Shown: positions 8,988-19,650, counted from the stretch's first letter. The stretch is DNA of 64,000 bases from Desulfobaccales bacterium (GCA_052147455.1 JBKQKO010000128.1:7548-71547); one strand, 5' to 3'. Numbers and translations are program-made. Notes: generated by a model not told the origin, from the sequence alone.

Positions 8988-10169
8988 CTAACCTGCCCGC
9001 TCTCGCGCCCGGGCGAAGCCGGGGGCGGCATTTTCGATCACCGTTTCCGGCACGCAAAAGGCCAGGCGGAAATGGCCCGGCCGGCCGAAGCCCCGGCCCG
9101 GCACCGCCAGGATGTTCTCCTCCTTCAGGAGGGCCACGAAGGCCAGGTCGTCGCCCCCCGGGGCCTTGGGGAAGAGATAGAAGGCCCCTTTGGGTCTGAA
9201 AAATTCATAACCGGCCTGCTCCAGCACCTGGCAAAAAATCTCCCGGCGCCGGGCATAGGGTGCGATATCCACCCTAACTTCCGTCAGGGGAGCCACCACT
9301 CGCTGCATCAGGGCCGGGGCGTTGACAAATCCCAGGATGCGGTTGGCCAGCACCAGGCCGCCCGCCAGCTCCAGGCGCCCCGGGGTCCGGGGGCTCACCG
9401 CCACATAGCCCAGGCGCTCCCCGGCGATGGAGAGATCCTTGGAAAAGGAAGTGGCCAGCAAGGTGTCGGGGTAGGCCGCGAAGACGCTGGGGACCTCAAG
9501 TCCATCGTAGACGATGCGGCGGTAAGGCTCATCCGCCACCAGATAGACCGGCCGGCCGTGGGCTGCCGCATGCCGCCCCAGCAGTTGACCCAACTCCAGC
9601 AGGGCCGCGGCCTCATAGACCTGGCCGCTGGGATTGTTGGGGGAATTAATGATCACCGCCCGGGTCCTGGGGCTCAAGACCGCGGCCAGGCGGTTCAGGT
9701 CCAGTTGAAAGTTCGCATCGGTTTCCGCCACCCGGGCCACGCCGCCGTGGTTGTCGGCGTAAGCCAGATATTCCACGAAATAGGGGGCAAACACGATCAC
9801 CTCATCACCGGCGTCCAGGATGGTCTTGAGGATGACGTTGAGGGCCCCGGCGGCGCCGCAGGTGAGGATCAAGTCGTCGGCCCTGAAGTCCAGTTGATGG
9901 ACCCGGCCCAGGTGGGCGGCCAGGGCCTGGCGGGTCTCCGGCAACCCGGCGTTGGGCATATAGCCGTGGAGACCGGGGCGGGGGTCTTGCGCCGCGGCCA
10001 GCAGTTCCTCTTTGAACCGGCGGGGCGGCTCCAGGTCGGGATTGCCCAGGGTGAAATCGAAGACTTTATCCGCCCCCAGCCGCGCCCGGAGCTCCCGGCC
10101 CTCTTCGAACATCCTCCTAATCCAGGAGGAGCTCTCCATGGCCGACTTGATGCGAGAGGCAATGCTCAT
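8988..10169 (-). CDS. pyridoxal-phosphate-dependent aminotransferase (class I/II)
   Basis: 393 aa with the PLP-lysine motif SFSKDLSIAGERLGY and NPSG. Confidence 0.85.
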   Translation of the reverse strand: MSIASRIKSAMESSSWIRRMFEEGRELRARLGADKVFDFTLGNPDLEPPRRFKEELLAAAQDPRPGLHGYMPNAGLPETRQALAAHLGRVHQLDFRADDLILTCGAAGALNVILKTILDAGDEVIVFAPYFVEYLAYADNHGGVARVAETDANFQLDLNRLAAVLSPRTRAVIINSPNNPSGQVYEAAALLELGQLLGRHAAAHGRPVYLVADEPYRRIVYDGLEVPSVFAAYPDTLLATSFSKDLSIAGERLGYVAVSPRTPGRLELAGGLVLANRILGFVNAPALMQRVVAPLTEVRVDIAPYARRREIFCQVLEQAGYEFFRPKGAFYLFPKAPGGDDLAFVALLKEENILAVPGRGFGRPGHFRLAFCVPETVIENAAPGFARARERAG

Positions 10170-10178
10170 AAAGTGCCT

Positions 10179-10205
10179 GTTTTCCGTTTTCCGTTTTCCG
10201 TTTTC
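10179..10205 (-). repeat. heptanucleotide tandem repeat (GGAAAAC)x4 in the sense strand, 10 nt upstream of the aminotransferase ATG
   Basis: Plus strand reads GTTTTCC GTTTTCC GTTTTCC GTTTTC. It lies in the 53-nt ilvA-aminotransferase spacer. Confidence 0.9.
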
Positions 10206-10222
10206 AATTCGAAAACCGTCTG

Positions 10223-11434
10223 TTAAGCCTGTTCTTCCACCTGGTAGCCCGCTTCCTGGAGGGCCTGGAGCACCGCCTGGCCATGTTCCAGGTCCCGGGT
10301 CTCCAGATTCAGCTGCACCCGGGTATAGTCCAGGGGCAATTCCCGGGCCAGGCGGTCATGGAACAGGTGGAGGATGTTGGCCCCGGTCCGCCCCAGGAGG
10401 GTGGTGAGGCGCCCCAGAGACCCGGGATAATCTTCCAAGGCCACCCGCAGGGTCAGGAGGCGGCGTTTCTCCAGAAGGGCCCGGGTCAGCACCCGCTCCA
10501 GCAGGGGGATGTCGATATTGCCGCCGCTCACCAGCAGGACCACCCGCCGGCCCAGGGGGCGGGAGGCCAGTTGTCCCAGGAAGGCCGCGGTGGCCACGGC
10601 CCCGGCCCCTTCGGCCAGCACCTTTTTGCTTTCCAATAGCAGCAGCAAGGCCTGGGCGATTTCCTGCTCCTCTACCAATACCAGGTCATTCAGGTACTTT
10701 TTGAGCAAGGGATAGGGCCGGCTGCCGGTCAGGGGCACCCGGATGCCATCGGCCAGGGTGGGCAGGGCCGGCACCGCCGCCGGGGCCCCGTGCCGGAAGG
10801 CCGCCGCCAGGGAAGGCACCTGCACGGTCTGCGCCCCGATGATCCGGACTCCCGGCCGGGATTCGCTCAAGGCCAGGGCGGCGCCCGCCGCCAGGCCGCC
10901 GCCCCCCACCGGCAGCACCACGGTATCCACCTCCGGCAGGTCCTCCAGGATCTCCAGCCCCAGGGTCCCCTGGCCGGCCATCACTTCCTGGTCGTCATAG
11001 GGATGGATGAGGCTATAACCCGCGGCCTCCATGGCCCTGGCCTTCTCCAGGGACTGGGAGATGTCCTGGCCGGACAGGATGACCCGGGCCCCGTATGCCT
11101 GGGTGGCCATCTGCTTGGAAATGGAGGCCCCCTGGGGCATGACGATGGTGGCCGGGATTCCCAGATGAGCCGCCGCGAAGGCCACCCCCTGGCCATGGTT
11201 TCCCGCGGAGGCGGCAACCACCCTCCCACTTCCTTCGCCCCGCTCCTTCAGGAGGGAGAGGCGGTTCATCGCCCCCCGCAGCTTGAAGGAGCCGGTGGTC
11301 TGGAGATTCTCCAGCTTGAGATAGACCTCCCGGCCGCTTACCCGGCTCAAGGTGTGGGAATAAATCAGCGGGGTGTGCAGTACCACCCCTTTAATCCGCT
11401 CTCTGGCTGCTTTGATGTCTCGGAGGGTCAGCAT
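10223..11434 (-). CDS. ilvA: threonine ammonia-lyase (threonine dehydratase) with C-terminal ACT-like domain
   Basis: MLTLRDIKAARERI...LENLQTTGSFKLRGA (PLP lysine). Start set at ATG 11434. The 517-aa ORF extension upstream has no homology pattern. Confidence 0.85.
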   Translation of the reverse strand: MLTLRDIKAARERIKGVVLHTPLIYSHTLSRVSGREVYLKLENLQTTGSFKLRGAMNRLSLLKERGEGSGRVVAASAGNHGQGVAFAAAHLGIPATIVMPQGASISKQMATQAYGARVILSGQDISQSLEKARAMEAAGYSLIHPYDDQEVMAGQGTLGLEILEDLPEVDTVVLPVGGGGLAAGAALALSESRPGVRIIGAQTVQVPSLAAAFRHGAPAAVPALPTLADGIRVPLTGSRPYPLLKKYLNDLVLVEEQEIAQALLLLLESKKVLAEGAGAVATAAFLGQLASRPLGRRVVLLVSGGNIDIPLLERVLTRALLEKRRLLTLRVALEDYPGSLGRLTTLLGRTGANILHLFHDRLARELPLDYTRVQLNLETRDLEHGQAVLQALQEAGYQVEEQA

Positions 11435-11663
11435 CACATGCTTAGGTTTAGGGGAATATTCTCGCTTCAGGCAACCTGGGCCTGGCGCCCACCCCGGCTT
11501 GAGGCCGCCCGACTGGGCGATCCATTCGGCTTGCACGGACTTGAGGTTCAGGTTCAGGCCGGCCTGATCTCTCCAGGGGCCGTCGCCGCCATTGCCAGGG
11601 TCGGTTCTAGTTACTATTTTTCGGCTATAATGACAATACCTTAAAAGGGCCGGGACGCGGGTC

Positions 11664-12347
11664 ATGGAAGTCATGGCAACATTGCTAACCAGGTTCAAAG
11701 GCCGCTTCGCCGGGGAATTGGGGCTTAAGGTCTCCTCCGGCCCCGAGGCGCGGCAGCAGTGGTTTCTGGCGGCCATCTTCTACGGAGCCCGCATCTCCGG
11801 CCTCCTGGCCGCCCGCACCTTCCGGGTCTTCGCGGCGGCCGGAGTCACCTCACCCGAAGCCATCCTGGCCCGGGGCTGGGACGGACTGGTGGCCCTCCTG
11901 GACCAGGGCGGCTATACCCGCTATGACTTCAAGACGGCCAACAAGCTGCTCCAGGTGATGGCGTCTTTGCAAGAGCGCTATCAAGGCTCCCTGGAGCGCC
12001 TGCACGAGGTGGCGGCGGACCCTGCGGACCTGGAGCGGCGGATCATGCAACTGGCCCCGGGGATCGGCCCCGCCACGGTCAACATCTTTTTGCGGGAACT
12101 GCGGGGGATCTGGGTCAAGGCGGCGCCGCCCCTGAGCCCTTTGGCCCAGGCCGCCGCCGTAGAATCGGGACTGGCGCCCCGGGGGCTCAGCCCCCGGGAG
12201 GCCTTGGAGGAGCTTGGCCGCCACTGGCAGGCCCAGGCGCTGCCCGGCTATGACTTCGCCGACCTGGAAGCCGCCCTGGTGCGCCTCGGTCTGGAACTGC
12301 GCCGGGGCAGCCGAAAAAAGGTGGAGGCAGGGGATAAGGGGAGTTAA
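11664..12347 (+). CDS. HhH-GPD / endonuclease III-like domain protein
   Basis: Helix-hairpin-helix signature LAPGIGPATVNIFLRELRG. Family assignment is from memory of the motif only. Confidence 0.55.
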   Translation: MEVMATLLTRFKGRFAGELGLKVSSGPEARQQWFLAAIFYGARISGLLAARTFRVFAAAGVTSPEAILARGWDGLVALLDQGGYTRYDFKTANKLLQVMASLQERYQGSLERLHEVAADPADLERRIMQLAPGIGPATVNIFLRELRGIWVKAAPPLSPLAQAAAVESGLAPRGLSPREALEELGRHWQAQALPGYDFADLEAALVRLGLELRRGSRKKVEAGDKGS

Positions 12348-12420
12348 AACTAAAATAAAAACTCGAAACTCGAAACTGGGCGACCCAGCGGGTCGCCCCT
12401 ACGACTCGAAACTCAAAACT
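12346..12420 (+). repeat. A-rich heptad array (AAACTCG/GAAACTC type) interrupted by a REP-like hairpin, upstream of the HIT gene
   Basis: aaaactaaaataaaaACTCGAAACTCGAAACT, then hairpin GGGCGACCCagcGGGTCGCCCctac, then gACTCGAAACTCAAAACTCAGAGG, then the ATG at 12433. Confidence 0.85.
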
Positions 12421-12432
12421 CAGAGGAACCCC

Positions 12433-12846
12433 ATGCCAAACTGCATCTTCTGCCGGATCGCCTCCGGCCAGGCCCCGGCGGCGCGGGTCCTGGAGACCCC
12501 CGGGGTCCTGGCCTTCCTGGATATCGCCCCGGTGCACTATGGCCACACCCTGGTCATTCCCAAGGAGCATTATCCCACCCTGCTGGAGCTGCCCGACGAC
12601 CTCTGGATGGAAATGGGGTTGGTGAGCCGCCGGGTGGCCCGGGCCCTGGGGACCGCCCTTGCTGCCCCGGGCTTCAACATCGGTATGAATAATGGCGCAG
12701 CCGCCGGCCAGGCGGTCCCGCACGCCCACCTCCACGTCATCCCCCGCTATTTCGGCGATGGCCTGCAACTCTTTCCCCATGATAGCTATCGCCCCGGGGA
12801 TCTGGAAAAGACCGCAGCCCAATTGCGCCAGTCACTGCGGGGGTGA
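12433..12846 (+). CDS. HIT family hydrolase
   Basis: MPNCIFCRI...histidine triad HAHLHVIPR. AGAGGA SD upstream of ATG 12433. The longer ORF from 12214 overlaps the previous gene. Confidence 0.9.
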   Translation: MPNCIFCRIASGQAPAARVLETPGVLAFLDIAPVHYGHTLVIPKEHYPTLLELPDDLWMEMGLVSRRVARALGTALAAPGFNIGMNNGAAAGQAVPHAHLHVIPRYFGDGLQLFPHDSYRPGDLEKTAAQLRQSLRG

Positions 12847-12893
12847 AAACGTAATTTGGTTAAAGGCAGGGTGAGGGGGGAATGATATATTTT

Positions 12894-12994
12894 GTAGGGG
12901 CGCACCCATGTGTGCGCCCCCTTGGAAATGGCGGGCTGTAGGGGCGGGTTTTAAACCCGCCCTTACAGGGCGGACACATGGGTCCGCCCCTACG
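12894..12994. repeat. cluster of three REP-like palindromes (GTAGGGGCG family)
   Basis: GTAGGGGCGCACCCATGTGTGCGCCCC, GTAGGGGCGGGTTTTAAACCCGCCCTTAC and GGGCGGACACATGGGTCCGCCCCTAC. Confidence 0.85.
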
Positions 12995-13117
12995 AAAAAC
13001 CAAGCGAAGCCATTCCCGCGAGATAATGTAAGCTTTTTCAGGAAAATTGGATTATGCATAGTATTAAAATAATCTATGCATATTCTGGATCAGATTAAAT
13101 GCTTCGCCTATGGACTA

Positions 13118-13543
13118 TCAATGTTCTTCATAAATGCCGTATTTTGGATAAAGCATACCGGTAACATACCCTTCTATTGCACCTCTTTTTCGGATATCCG
13201 GCTCTTCAATCCAACGGACCCAGCAATATGATTTTATAAACTTTTTTGCTTCTTCTAATGAGACACACTCGCCAAAATCTATTAGGTACTTTTTAAGACG
13301 AGCATTAGAGAGAGGTCCCATGAGGTGATTGTTATATAATCTTTGTCTAAGATTCTTGCTCCTGCCAATATAGTATGGTATTTGCTTTTCTTCATGGCGT
13401 GCAGTTATGACGTACACACCAGGATTTTGAGGAATTACTGACGGGGTCAATTTCGAGAAAGCAAACGGAGCAGCAGAAAGTAATCTTTCATACGATTTCT
13501 TAAGAAATTCGAACCAGGCATCATCCGGCATATAAATATTCAT
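13118..13543 (-). CDS. GIY-YIG nuclease domain protein
   Basis: GVYVITAR....IPYYIGRSKNLRQRLYNNH matches the GIY...YIG...R motif spacing. It sits in an AT-rich patch of about 650 bp that contrasts with the flanks. Confidence 0.65.
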   Translation of the reverse strand: MNIYMPDDAWFEFLKKSYERLLSAAPFAFSKLTPSVIPQNPGVYVITARHEEKQIPYYIGRSKNLRQRLYNNHLMGPLSNARLKKYLIDFGECVSLEEAKKFIKSYCWVRWIEEPDIRKRGAIEGYVTGMLYPKYGIYEEH

Positions 13544-13670
13544 ATCTCTTTTTTCCTGTAAATTCTTTTTTACTTTATTGATTAATTTATTGCTAAATGT
13601 GCTCAGTTGTCAATTTTTTCTTCAAGAAACTTTGATAGCAAGGTGACATGGTAAGTCCCAACCATTTCAA

Positions 13671-13710
13671 ATAAAAAAGTCGGAGCGATTCACCCTCCGG
13701 CTTTTTTTTA
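13671..13710 (-). terminator. bidirectional Rho-independent terminator after pabC
   Basis: Stem GTCGGAG/CTCCGGC (13679-13701) flanked by A6 on the left and T8 on the right, so a T-run follows the hairpin on both strands. Confidence 0.6.
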
Positions 13711-13741
13711 GGTTAAGCGTTCAGGAGCGCCCGCAGCACCT

Positions 13742-14570
13742 TCACCGCCCGGCTTCGGCCCAGAGGCTTTCCCGCAGAGAATCGGACTTTTCGGAGATGG
13801 GAATTGCTTGACCGTCGATGGAGGCCACCGGCATCAGGCCCAGGAGGGCGTTGGCCAGCCAGATACCCTCGGCCTGGCGCAACCGGGTAGGCTCGGTGGG
13901 GACCACTTCCAGTAACAGACCCAGGCGGCCCAGGGCTAGGGTTAAAACAGCCAGGGTGACTCCCGGCAGGGCGCTGGCCGCCGCCGGGGTGCCATAGACC
14001 CCGCGGCTGAGATAGACCAGGCTGGTGGCGGCGCCTTCGGACACCAGGCCGTCGGCCTCCAGGATGAGGGCCTCCCTGGCCCCCCGTTCCAGGGCGTACT
14101 GCCGGGCCGTCAGGTAAAACAGGTAATTGAGGCTCTTGTGGCGGCCGAGGCAGGTGGTACGCCGCTCCGGAAAGGTGACCACCGGCCAGCCGGCGGCGTA
14201 CTCCGCGGGCGGCGGCGGTTCATAGGGCTGGGCCCAGATCACCAAAGTGGGGCGGCTCGCCGCCGGCAAACCCAGCCCCGCCACCGCACCTCGGCTAAGC
14301 AAGATCTTCACCCGGGCCACCCCCCGGTCCAGACCGTTCACCGTCAGCAGCCTATTCAGGTGCGCCTCCCAGGGCAGGTCCCCGGGAAAGGGCAGGCGGA
14401 AGGCCGTGGCCGAAGCCTCCAGGCGGATCAAATGTTCTCTGAGAAAATATATCCTGCCGGCCTCGGCCCGGATAGTTTCAAAAAGGCCGTCCCCGTATTG
14501 AAAGCCCCGATCATTCACCGACACCCGGGCCTGGTCCAGGGGAACCAGGTCATCATTGAGCCAGACAAAT

Positions 14571-14584
<14 letters not shown>
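13742..14584 (-). CDS. pabC: aminodeoxychorismate lyase (class IV aminotransferase fold)
   Basis: 280 aa with the class IV pattern (RGFQYGDGLFET, EGAATSLV). Overlaps the pabB stop and lies last in the pabA-pabB-pabC order. Confidence 0.75.
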
Positions 14585-16018
<1,434 letters not shown>

Positions 16019-16022
<4 letters not shown>

Positions 16023-16768
16023 TTCCCCCGCCCTCTCCTCAAGCTCTCCTGTCCACCCCCTGGATGGGGCAGGGGATTGGGGGAAGGTTTTGATATTTTG
16101 GGCAGTTCGGGTATTTTTGGAATTTTTCGTATTTTTGGTATTTTTTGTAAGGGCAGGGACCGTCGGCCCCCGGCGTTTTCCCAAAACTCCCCCCAACAAC
16201 TATCCCGCCCCTCCCGCAAAAAATTCGCCGCCAGTTGCCGGCCGTAACCGGTGAGGAAGGACTCCGGGTGGAACTGGACCCCGTGCAGGGGATAGCGCCG
16301 GTGGCTCAGGGCCATGATCACTCCATCTTCACTGCGGGCGGTGACCTCCAGGTCAGGGGCGACGGAGGCCGCCATCAGAGAATGGTAGCGGGCCGCGGCA
16401 AACGGCGACGGCAGGCCGGCAAACAGGCCCCGCCCCTGGTGGCAAACCTGGGAGGTCTTGCCATGCACCGGGGCCGGGGCCCGGACCGTGACGCCGCCGA
16501 AGACCTCGTTGATGGCCTGGTGGCCCAGGCAGACCCCCAGGATGGGCAGGCGCCGATGAAAATGGGCGATCGCCGCCTTGCTGATCCCGGCTTGGGCTGG
16601 GGCCTTGGGGCCGGGGGAGATGCAGAGCCAGGCGGGCTTGAGGGCCTCGATCTCCGCCAGGGTCACCGCGTCGTGACGGAAGACCAGGACCTCCAGGTTA
16701 AACTCATAGAAGAGCTGCACCAGGTTGAAAGTGAAAGAATCGTAATTATCGATCATCACCAGGCGCAT
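16019..16768 (-). CDS. pabA: aminodeoxychorismate/anthranilate synthase component II (glutamine amidotransferase) with about 55-aa K/P-rich tail
   Basis: MRLVMIDNYDSFTFNLVQ, catalytic GVCLGHQ and FHPES. The homology pattern ends near ANFLRE, but the ORF continues through the 9-nt repeat (KIPKIRKIPKIPELPKI). Confidence 0.85.
16111..16146 (-). repeat. 9-nt tandem repeat x4 (sense CAAAAATAC type) at the pabA/pabB junction
   Basis: Plus strand reads GTATTTTTG GAATTTTTC GTATTTTTG GTATTTTTT. Confidence 0.9.
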
Positions 16769-16884
16769 TCCAGCCCCCATAAAAAAAAGCCGCCCCAGGA
16801 GTCTGGGTGGCTTTGGCCTGAACATAACTCTCAGCTTTTATATATGGAGATTAACCGGCGGTGTCAATGGTTTTCTCAGGCCGC

Positions 16885-17238
16885 TCAGGACCCGGAGTTG
16901 CCCCGCATGCGGATGAAATAGAGGGTGCCGAAGGCGCTGCCAGCCAGGCAGTGATGCTCTAGGTCGTAATGCGAAACATAGCCAGCGTCGTAGTCCTCAC
17001 CTTCCCCCAGACCCATGGCCCGGTCCATATCGCCGTCAGTGGCCATAACCAGGGCCTGGAGGAAGACGGCGCCGCCGTTGCGGGCCGTGGGATCGTGGGC
17101 GAACACCGCCCCGCAGTCGCAGAATCCCCCGGCAAAATCGTACCACTGACCCTCCTGCAACTGCACCGGGCGCAGCACCTCAACGCCGCAAAAAGGGCAG
17201 CGCACCTTGTGGGTTTGGTCTGAAAACAGCTTCGGCAT
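16885..17238 (-). CDS. hypothetical protein with N-terminal CPFC...CDC zinc-ribbon-like motif
   Basis: 117 aa from ATG 17238 (GAGG SD 8 nt upstream). It is the first gene of the pabABC string. No family recognised. Confidence 0.55.
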   Translation of the reverse strand: MPKLFSDQTHKVRCPFCGVEVLRPVQLQEGQWYDFAGGFCDCGAVFAHDPTARNGGAVFLQALVMATDGDMDRAMGLGEGEDYDAGYVSHYDLEHHCLAGSAFGTLYFIRMRGNSGS

Positions 17239-17504
17239 CAAATAACCTCGCAAAGCATTGCTGGGCCGGGATCACCTCGGAGAGCCGCCGCCGGAGAAAA
17301 TTGCCGTTGGTGGGGCGGGCCGCAGTAATCGCCAGTTACGGCAGGCAGAGCCGCCTGCCCCACCCGGCCGCCGCACTAACCAAATCCCGGTTCAGTCCAT
17401 TATCCACCATTTTTCCGTTTTCGGCAATTATCTCCACTTCTATTGACACTGCGGCTTCTTAGCCTTAAATTATTCCATACCTCGCAGTCAAAGGAGAGGA
17501 AACC

Positions 17505-17684
17505 ATGGCTGACAAGATTATATCCTTTTCGGTCCAGGAGCAGATGAAGCTCGAGGCCATCGTCATCGACAAAGACGGGGAAGAGGCCTTGCGCTACCTG
17601 GCGCAACTGGATGACCGGTTAAATCCGCATTACGGCCACGCCTGCGGGCCGAAGACGGCGGAAGGCCCCCCGGGGCGCGGCTGA
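17505..17684 (+). CDS. small protein (59 aa), paralog 1, GHACG motif
   Basis: AGGAGAGG SD then ATG. Sequence MADKIISFSVQEQMKLEAIVIDKDGEEALRYLAQLDDRLNPHYGHACGPKTAEGPPGRG. Below the 60-aa cutoff of the ORF track. Confidence 0.55.
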   Translation: MADKIISFSVQEQMKLEAIVIDKDGEEALRYLAQLDDRLNPHYGHACGPKTAEGPPGRG

Positions 17685-17811
17685 TAACCATTTTTTTTAA
17701 CGAGAAAAGCGACGGCTACAGGGGCTGGACCGGCCCCTGGGCGCCCGCCGCGGCACCGCCCCCCCGATAAACCGCCATCCGGGGAGGGTTCACCTGGCAG
17801 ATGAGGACATT

Positions 17812-17976
17812 ATGGCAGACAAAGAGATCGTCTTTTCGGATCAGGAGCAGCAGCAGATACAGGCCATAGTCATTGACAAGGACAAAGACGAAGCCGTCCG
17901 TTATTTAGCCCGCCTGATGGACCGCATCAAGGGGCAGGCCGGCCATGCTTGCGGCTTCAAGCCGGCCAGGGGGTAA
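17812..17976 (+). CDS. small protein (54 aa), paralog 2, GHACG motif
   Basis: GAGGA SD then ATG. Sequence MADKEIVFSDQEQQQIQAIVIDKDKDEAVRYLARLMDRIKGQAGHACGFKPARG. About 60% identical to the upstream small ORF at protein level, with diverged DNA. Confidence 0.55.
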   Translation: MADKEIVFSDQEQQQIQAIVIDKDKDEAVRYLARLMDRIKGQAGHACGFKPARG

Positions 17977-18005
17977 AGAAGGCGATAAGCGCTCCTGAAG
18001 GCGAG

Positions 18006-18641
18006 ATGGACCGGTTGGCCCTGGTGTCCGACACCCACGCCTACCGGGCCGGTATGCCCGCGTTGTTCGTCTTTCTCCGGCGCCAGGGCCTGCGTCACCT
18101 GGCCTGCCTGGGGGACTGCCAGCCGGAGCCTTTCCGGGATTGGCTGTCCCTGGACCCCGGCCACCGCCTTTATTGGGTCTATGACGTCTTTGGCCCCCAG
18201 TTGCCGGGAGCCACCGCCTGCGGGGTGGTCCTGGAATTGGAGGCCAGGGTCTTTCTGGCCCATACCCGGGCTCTGATCTGGACCCATTACGATGAGCGCA
18301 TCCGGGCTTACCGGCGCGGGGCCCATACCTGCCGCCCGCCCCTGCTGGCCTGCCATGGGCATACCCACGTGCCTTGCGTCACCCGCTTTGCCCCACCCTT
18401 CAGCCGCCTGCTTTACATCAATGACGCCATCCGGCCCGCGGAGTTCCAGCCGCGCCAGGCCTGCCTGAGCCTGGAGCCGGACACCGTTTACCTCATAGTC
18501 CCCGGGGCCTTCACCCTGGAGGAGGGGCGTCATTCCACCTTCAGTTTCGCGGTGCTGGACCTCCTTACCTCACGGCTGGCCATGGTTTCCCTGCGGGACC
18601 TGGCCGTCCTGGATTCCTTGCAGCTGTTCCCCCCGGAGTAA
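18006..18641 (+). CDS. metallophosphoesterase family protein
   Basis: MDRLALVSDTH (DxH), CLGD (GD) and ACHGHTHVP (GHTH) motifs. Start set at ATG 18006. Confidence 0.7.
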   Translation: MDRLALVSDTHAYRAGMPALFVFLRRQGLRHLACLGDCQPEPFRDWLSLDPGHRLYWVYDVFGPQLPGATACGVVLELEARVFLAHTRALIWTHYDERIRAYRRGAHTCRPPLLACHGHTHVPCVTRFAPPFSRLLYINDAIRPAEFQPRQACLSLEPDTVYLIVPGAFTLEEGRHSTFSFAVLDLLTSRLAMVSLRDLAVLDSLQLFPPE

Positions 18642-18689
18642 GTAACCACGCGGCAATAATTACATAATTTCGTAATTATAGTAACGTTT

Positions 18690-18880
18690 CCCCCCCCCTC
18701 ACCCTATCCTCTCTCTTCCCCGGTAGGGGCGGCGTCTCGCCGCCCGGGCGGGGAAACCCCGCCCCTACGGCGGGGAGAGAGGGAGCAAAAAGCCGGTTTC
18801 CCCAGGTTTACTGAGAGCGTCAATGGGATTGTATCTTTAGCCCCTCTCCCCCAATGGGGGACGACACCGGGTGAGGGGGA
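18690..18880. repeat. nested REP-like palindromes (two families)
   Basis: CCTCTCTCTTCCCCG-GTAGGGGCGGCGTCTCGCCGCCCGGGCGGGGAAACCCCGCCCCTAC-GGCGGGGAGAGAGGGAG, and CCCCTCTCCCCCAATGGGGGACGACACCGGGTGAGGGGG. Confidence 0.85.
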
Positions 18881-19051
18881 AATAAGCGTCTCTCTCTTTA
18901 TCTTTGGTTTCCGTGCGTCCTGGCGCCTAGGGAGGAAAGTTTCTCTAACTTATTATAACTCCTGGGAAAAATATTCGCGACGAGGCGCGCCAGTGGGGAG
19001 CAAAATAATTTGAGAGGAGATTAGATGCGGGGACGCCGGGGATAACCGGCA

Positions 19052-19597
19052 TTAGCGGGTCGAAGACAGAATATCCGGGATCAGGTACATCTTTCCGGCT
19101 TGCAGTTCCCCGGCTACCAGGGCGTCGGTGGGAAAGGCCAGGGGCTGGGGCGGCTGGGCCACTGGGAAAAAGGCCACTTCGGTGAGATCGTCTCCGGCCC
19201 TCAGGTCCCCTCCCACCACGCGGCCGGCAAACCAGAGGCCCACGGTGAGACGCTCCGGGTCGTGGAAATTGGAGTGGGCCGCCAGCAGTTCCCCCACTTC
19301 CACCGCCAGGCCCGTCTCCTCCTGGAACTCCCGGGCCGCGGCCTCCCTGACCTCTTCTCCCCACTCCAGGTAACCGCAGGGGATGCACCAGGCCCCCGGT
19401 GCTGGTCCCCCGGCCCGGCGCCCCCATAAAATCTGCTCCCCCCGGCGCACCACCACTGCCACCCCCACCGCGGGGTTGACGTACAAAACCCGGCGGCAGT
19501 CCCGGCAGGCCAGGCGGTCCCGTCCCCCCAGGGGACGCCTCTCCAATGGCCCGCCGCAGCAGGGGCAGAAGCGGAAAGAGGGTGGATTGCAGGACAT
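19052..19597 (-). CDS. NUDIX hydrolase with N-terminal zinc ribbon
   Basis: MSCNPPSFRFCPCCGG...CRDC, then NUDIX box GYLEWGEEVREAAAREFQEETGL. Only the last 181 codons of the 407-aa ORF are NUDIX. Confidence 0.85.
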   Translation of the reverse strand: MSCNPPSFRFCPCCGGPLERRPLGGRDRLACRDCRRVLYVNPAVGVAVVVRRGEQILWGRRAGGPAPGAWCIPCGYLEWGEEVREAAAREFQEETGLAVEVGELLAAHSNFHDPERLTVGLWFAGRVVGGDLRAGDDLTEVAFFPVAQPPQPLAFPTDALVAGELQAGKMYLIPDILSSTR

Positions 19598-19601
19598 GTT
19601 A

Positions 19602-19650
19602 GTTTCGAGTTTCGAGTTTCGAGTTTCGAGTTTTGAGTTTTGAGTTTTGG
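19602..19650 (-). repeat. heptanucleotide tandem array x7 (sense TCGAAAC x4, TCAAAAC x2, CCAAAAC) ending 4 nt upstream of the NUDIX ATG
   Basis: Plus strand reads GTTTCGA x4, GTTTTGA x2, GTTTTGG. Confidence 0.9.

Noticed and set aside
11435-11776. A 114-codon N-terminal extension of the ilvA ORF.
   Set aside because: - Homology to threonine dehydratases starts at MLTLRDIKAARERI (ATG 11434).
- The extension is low complexity and overlaps the divergent HhH-GPD gene start.
16023-16199. The long form of pabB starting at 16199.
   Set aside because: - It would overlap pabA by 180 nt and consists of repeat-derived TKNTKN sequence.
- I prefer the GTG at 16022, but the ambiguity is kept as a finding.
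17400-18533. Minus-strand ORFs 17400..17606 (68 aa) and 17901..18533 (210 aa).
   Set aside because: - They have no motifs or SD sequences.
- They are antisense to the two SD-preceded paralogous micro-ORFs and to the metallophosphoesterase, which has DxH/GD/GHTH motifs.
19602-19650. Tandem repeats considered as a possible CRISPR array or minisatellite-coded peptide. The same applies to the arrays at 10179, 12346 and 16111.
   Set aside because: - The units are only 7-9 nt and directly abut each other with no spacers, and no cas genes are present, so this is not CRISPR.
- The repeat-derived peptides only arise in over-extended ORFs.
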